Origin: a virus
Taxonomy: Duplodnaviria; Caudoviricetes
Direction: 5' to 3' (one strand)
DNA length: 33,239 nt
Virus record (IMG/VR): IMGVR_UViG_3300033067_000550
Span: 1 to 33,239 of that record
Shown here: one piece after another, positions 31,597 to 33,239 of the stretch
How the letters are laid out: every line of letters begins with the position of its first letter
Numbering within the stretch: position 1 is the first letter of the stretch
The notes under the pieces: generated by a model
Database searches by the model: none
Told to the model about the DNA's origin: nothing
What the model saw: only the letters and a program-made list of their open reading frames with translations
Program-made: the position numbers and the translations under genes

Positions 31597-33239
31597 GCCA
31601 ACACCCCCACCTTCCCATCAGCCACCCGCACCGCGTTACCCGCGGTCAGTGACTCGATGGCACGCAGCACGTGCTGGCGCCGGGTGTCACGCTTGCCCTC
31701 GTCGTGAGGCATTTGATTGACCGTCGCGTCGATCAACTCGGTGACCATGACGTCGTCGCCCGACAAGCCCGCCAGGTCACTGAGCACGCGCAGGACCAGC
31801 TTTTGCACATTGCCCTTGGGCTCGTGCTTGCGCTGGTGCTTGGGCACCACCTGGCCGTGCTCCACCACGCAACTGGTGATCTCGTCGCCGTCCTCGTCCA
31901 GGCCCAGCGTGACGGTGTGCAGGGAGAAACCCATCTCCTGGCCCTCGGTCGCGCCGTCTTTCATCTTGGACACGCGCACCGATCGCTGGTCCCCGTCGCG
32001 CAGGACTTCGATCTCCACATCCGTGGCGCCCTTCAGACCAGACCACCCGCGTGCGCCCTTGCTGGCGTCCTTGCCCGAGTGGTGGATCAGCACCACCAGC
32101 GCACCGGTGGCCTGGTGCAGGCGCCGGCAATGGGCCAGGGCCTTGCCCATGTCCTCGCCGCTGTTCTCGTTACCGCCTGGTGTGACCTGGGCCAGGGTGT
32201 CGATCACGATGGCATCGGCCCCGCCCCACTGGTTGATCTGCACGGCCAGGGCTTTGTCGTCGTGGGCCAGGAAGTTCGGCACATCGGCCACCACGCCGAA
32301 CGACTGGTCGATGTCCGACAGGTCGACCTCGTGGTGCTGGGCGAAGGCCTGCAGACGATTGCGAAAGCCTGCCAGGCCCTCGCCGCACACGTACACGGCC
32401 CGGCCCTTGTTGACCCGGTGGCCACGCCACTCGGTACCGCGCACGATGGCCAGGACCAGGTCGGTGACCGCGAACGTCTTGCCCGCGCCTGACTCGCCGT
32501 AGATGATGGCCAGCTGGGCCCGGGGCAGGATGCCCTTTACCAGCCACTTCAAAGGCGGCCCACTGGAGAAGGACCCGGCCCCCTGCACGTGGAACTTGGC
32601 CAGCTTGGGGGCGTCACTTGATATTTGCGTCAAGTCCTCGAACTCGTCAGCCGAGGGGATGCCGGCCGCTGACATGAGACTGCGCACGGTCTTGATGGGG
32701 CCGGTGCTGCGTTTGCCAAAGCTGTCCCAGTGATAGCCCAGGTCCTCGCGCCCCTTGTACGTCGTGCCCGGTGTGCTCCACTCGTCCCACAGGTCCAGGC
32801 CCAGCTCGCTGCCCCGTGTCTCGTGGTGCAGGGCAAAGCCAATCTCGATCCACTCGTGATACCCCGCGTCGGGGCTGTAGTGGGTGAGCAGTTCGCGGAT
32901 CTCGCGCCGGCCCAGGCCCAGGGGTGCCTTGTCGTCGGCCACGCGCTCGGCCGGCCGCACAAGCTCCTGCCAGATCGTCAGCAGCTCAGTGGGCAACGTG
33001 GGCAAGTCGCGCCAGTCACCCACCAGCGGGTCGCCATAGGCCCAGGCGTAGGGCTCGTTTGTCTCGGGGTGGATGCTCGGGGGCAAGACGTCCTGCAGGG
33101 TGCGACCGTCAGCAGTGGCGCAGCGAAGCTCAAACCCGTCGGTGTGCAGCGCCTTGCTGGGCAGCGGGGCCAGGCCATCGGGCAGGCGATAGAGCAACTT
33201 GGCGCGGTTGGGCCGGCCCGAGGTGCGCACCGCGTCGGG
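31593..33239 (-). CDS. Primase-helicase (PriCT-2 plus RepA/AAA_25-type ATPase), 5'-truncated by the window
   Basis: VLPPSIHP.T..PY.W (prim-pol C-terminus), Y.EW.EIGFAL...WDEWS....Y...W.SF (PriCT-2), YGESGAGKT, IVIDTL, HHSGKD..KGARG.S. Confidence 0.9.
   Translation of the reverse strand, partial: PDAVRTSGRPNRAKLLYRLPDGLAPLPSKALHTDGFELRCATADGRTLQDVLPPSIHPETNEPYAWAYGDPLVGDWRDLPTLPTELLTIWQELVRPAERVADDKAPLGLGRREIRELLTHYSPDAGYHEWIEIGFALHHETRGSELGLDLWDEWSTPGTTYKGREDLGYHWDSFGKRSTGPIKTVRSLMSAAGIPSADEFEDLTQISSDAPKLAKFHVQGAGSFSSGPPLKWLVKGILPRAQLAIIYGESGAGKTFAVTDLVLAIVRGTEWRGHRVNKGRAVYVCGEGLAGFRNRLQAFAQHHEVDLSDIDQSFGVVADVPNFLAHDDKALAVQINQWGGADAIVIDTLAQVTPGGNENSGEDMGKALAHCRRLHQATGALVVLIHHSGKDASKGARGWSGLKGATDVEIEVLRDGDQRSVRVSKMKDGATEGQEMGFSLHTVTLGLDEDGDEITSCVVEHGQVVPKHQRKHEPKGNVQKLVLRVLSDLAGLSGDDVMVTELIDATVNQMPHDEGKRDTRRQHVLRAIESLTAGNAVRVADGKVGVLA

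Overview
GC-rich, tightly packed segment of a temperate-type podophage with BPP-1/epsilon15-like gene order; no host genes are visible. The + strand (1-2800) carries small early genes, an SNF2 helicase and a DUF3310-like gene. The - strand runs from a primase-helicase (truncated by the window end) through a C5 DNA methyltransferase, a TGCAC-repeat region, terS/terL, portal, a three-gene SGNH-esterase insert, scaffold/capsid/cement, tail tube A/B, three ejection proteins (one of 2679 aa), a beta-helix tailspike and the lysis genes. The two arms converge on a tRNA 3'-end (attP-like core) next to an un-called integrase C-terminal remnant. Most notable: (1) the 2679-aa ejection protein holds an in-frame array of effector-like cassettes (GNAT, up to three ADP-ribosyltransferase-like domains) separated by L-x-Q motifs and DNA direct repeats, just ahead of an HExxH peptidase; (2) five copies of a promoter-like element GTGCAC-N20-xAxAxT precede late genes, three of them apparently giving leaderless mRNAs; (3) the methyltransferase appears to be encoded as two nested reading frames. 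All family assignments come from motif recognition and synteny by eye, not from database searches.
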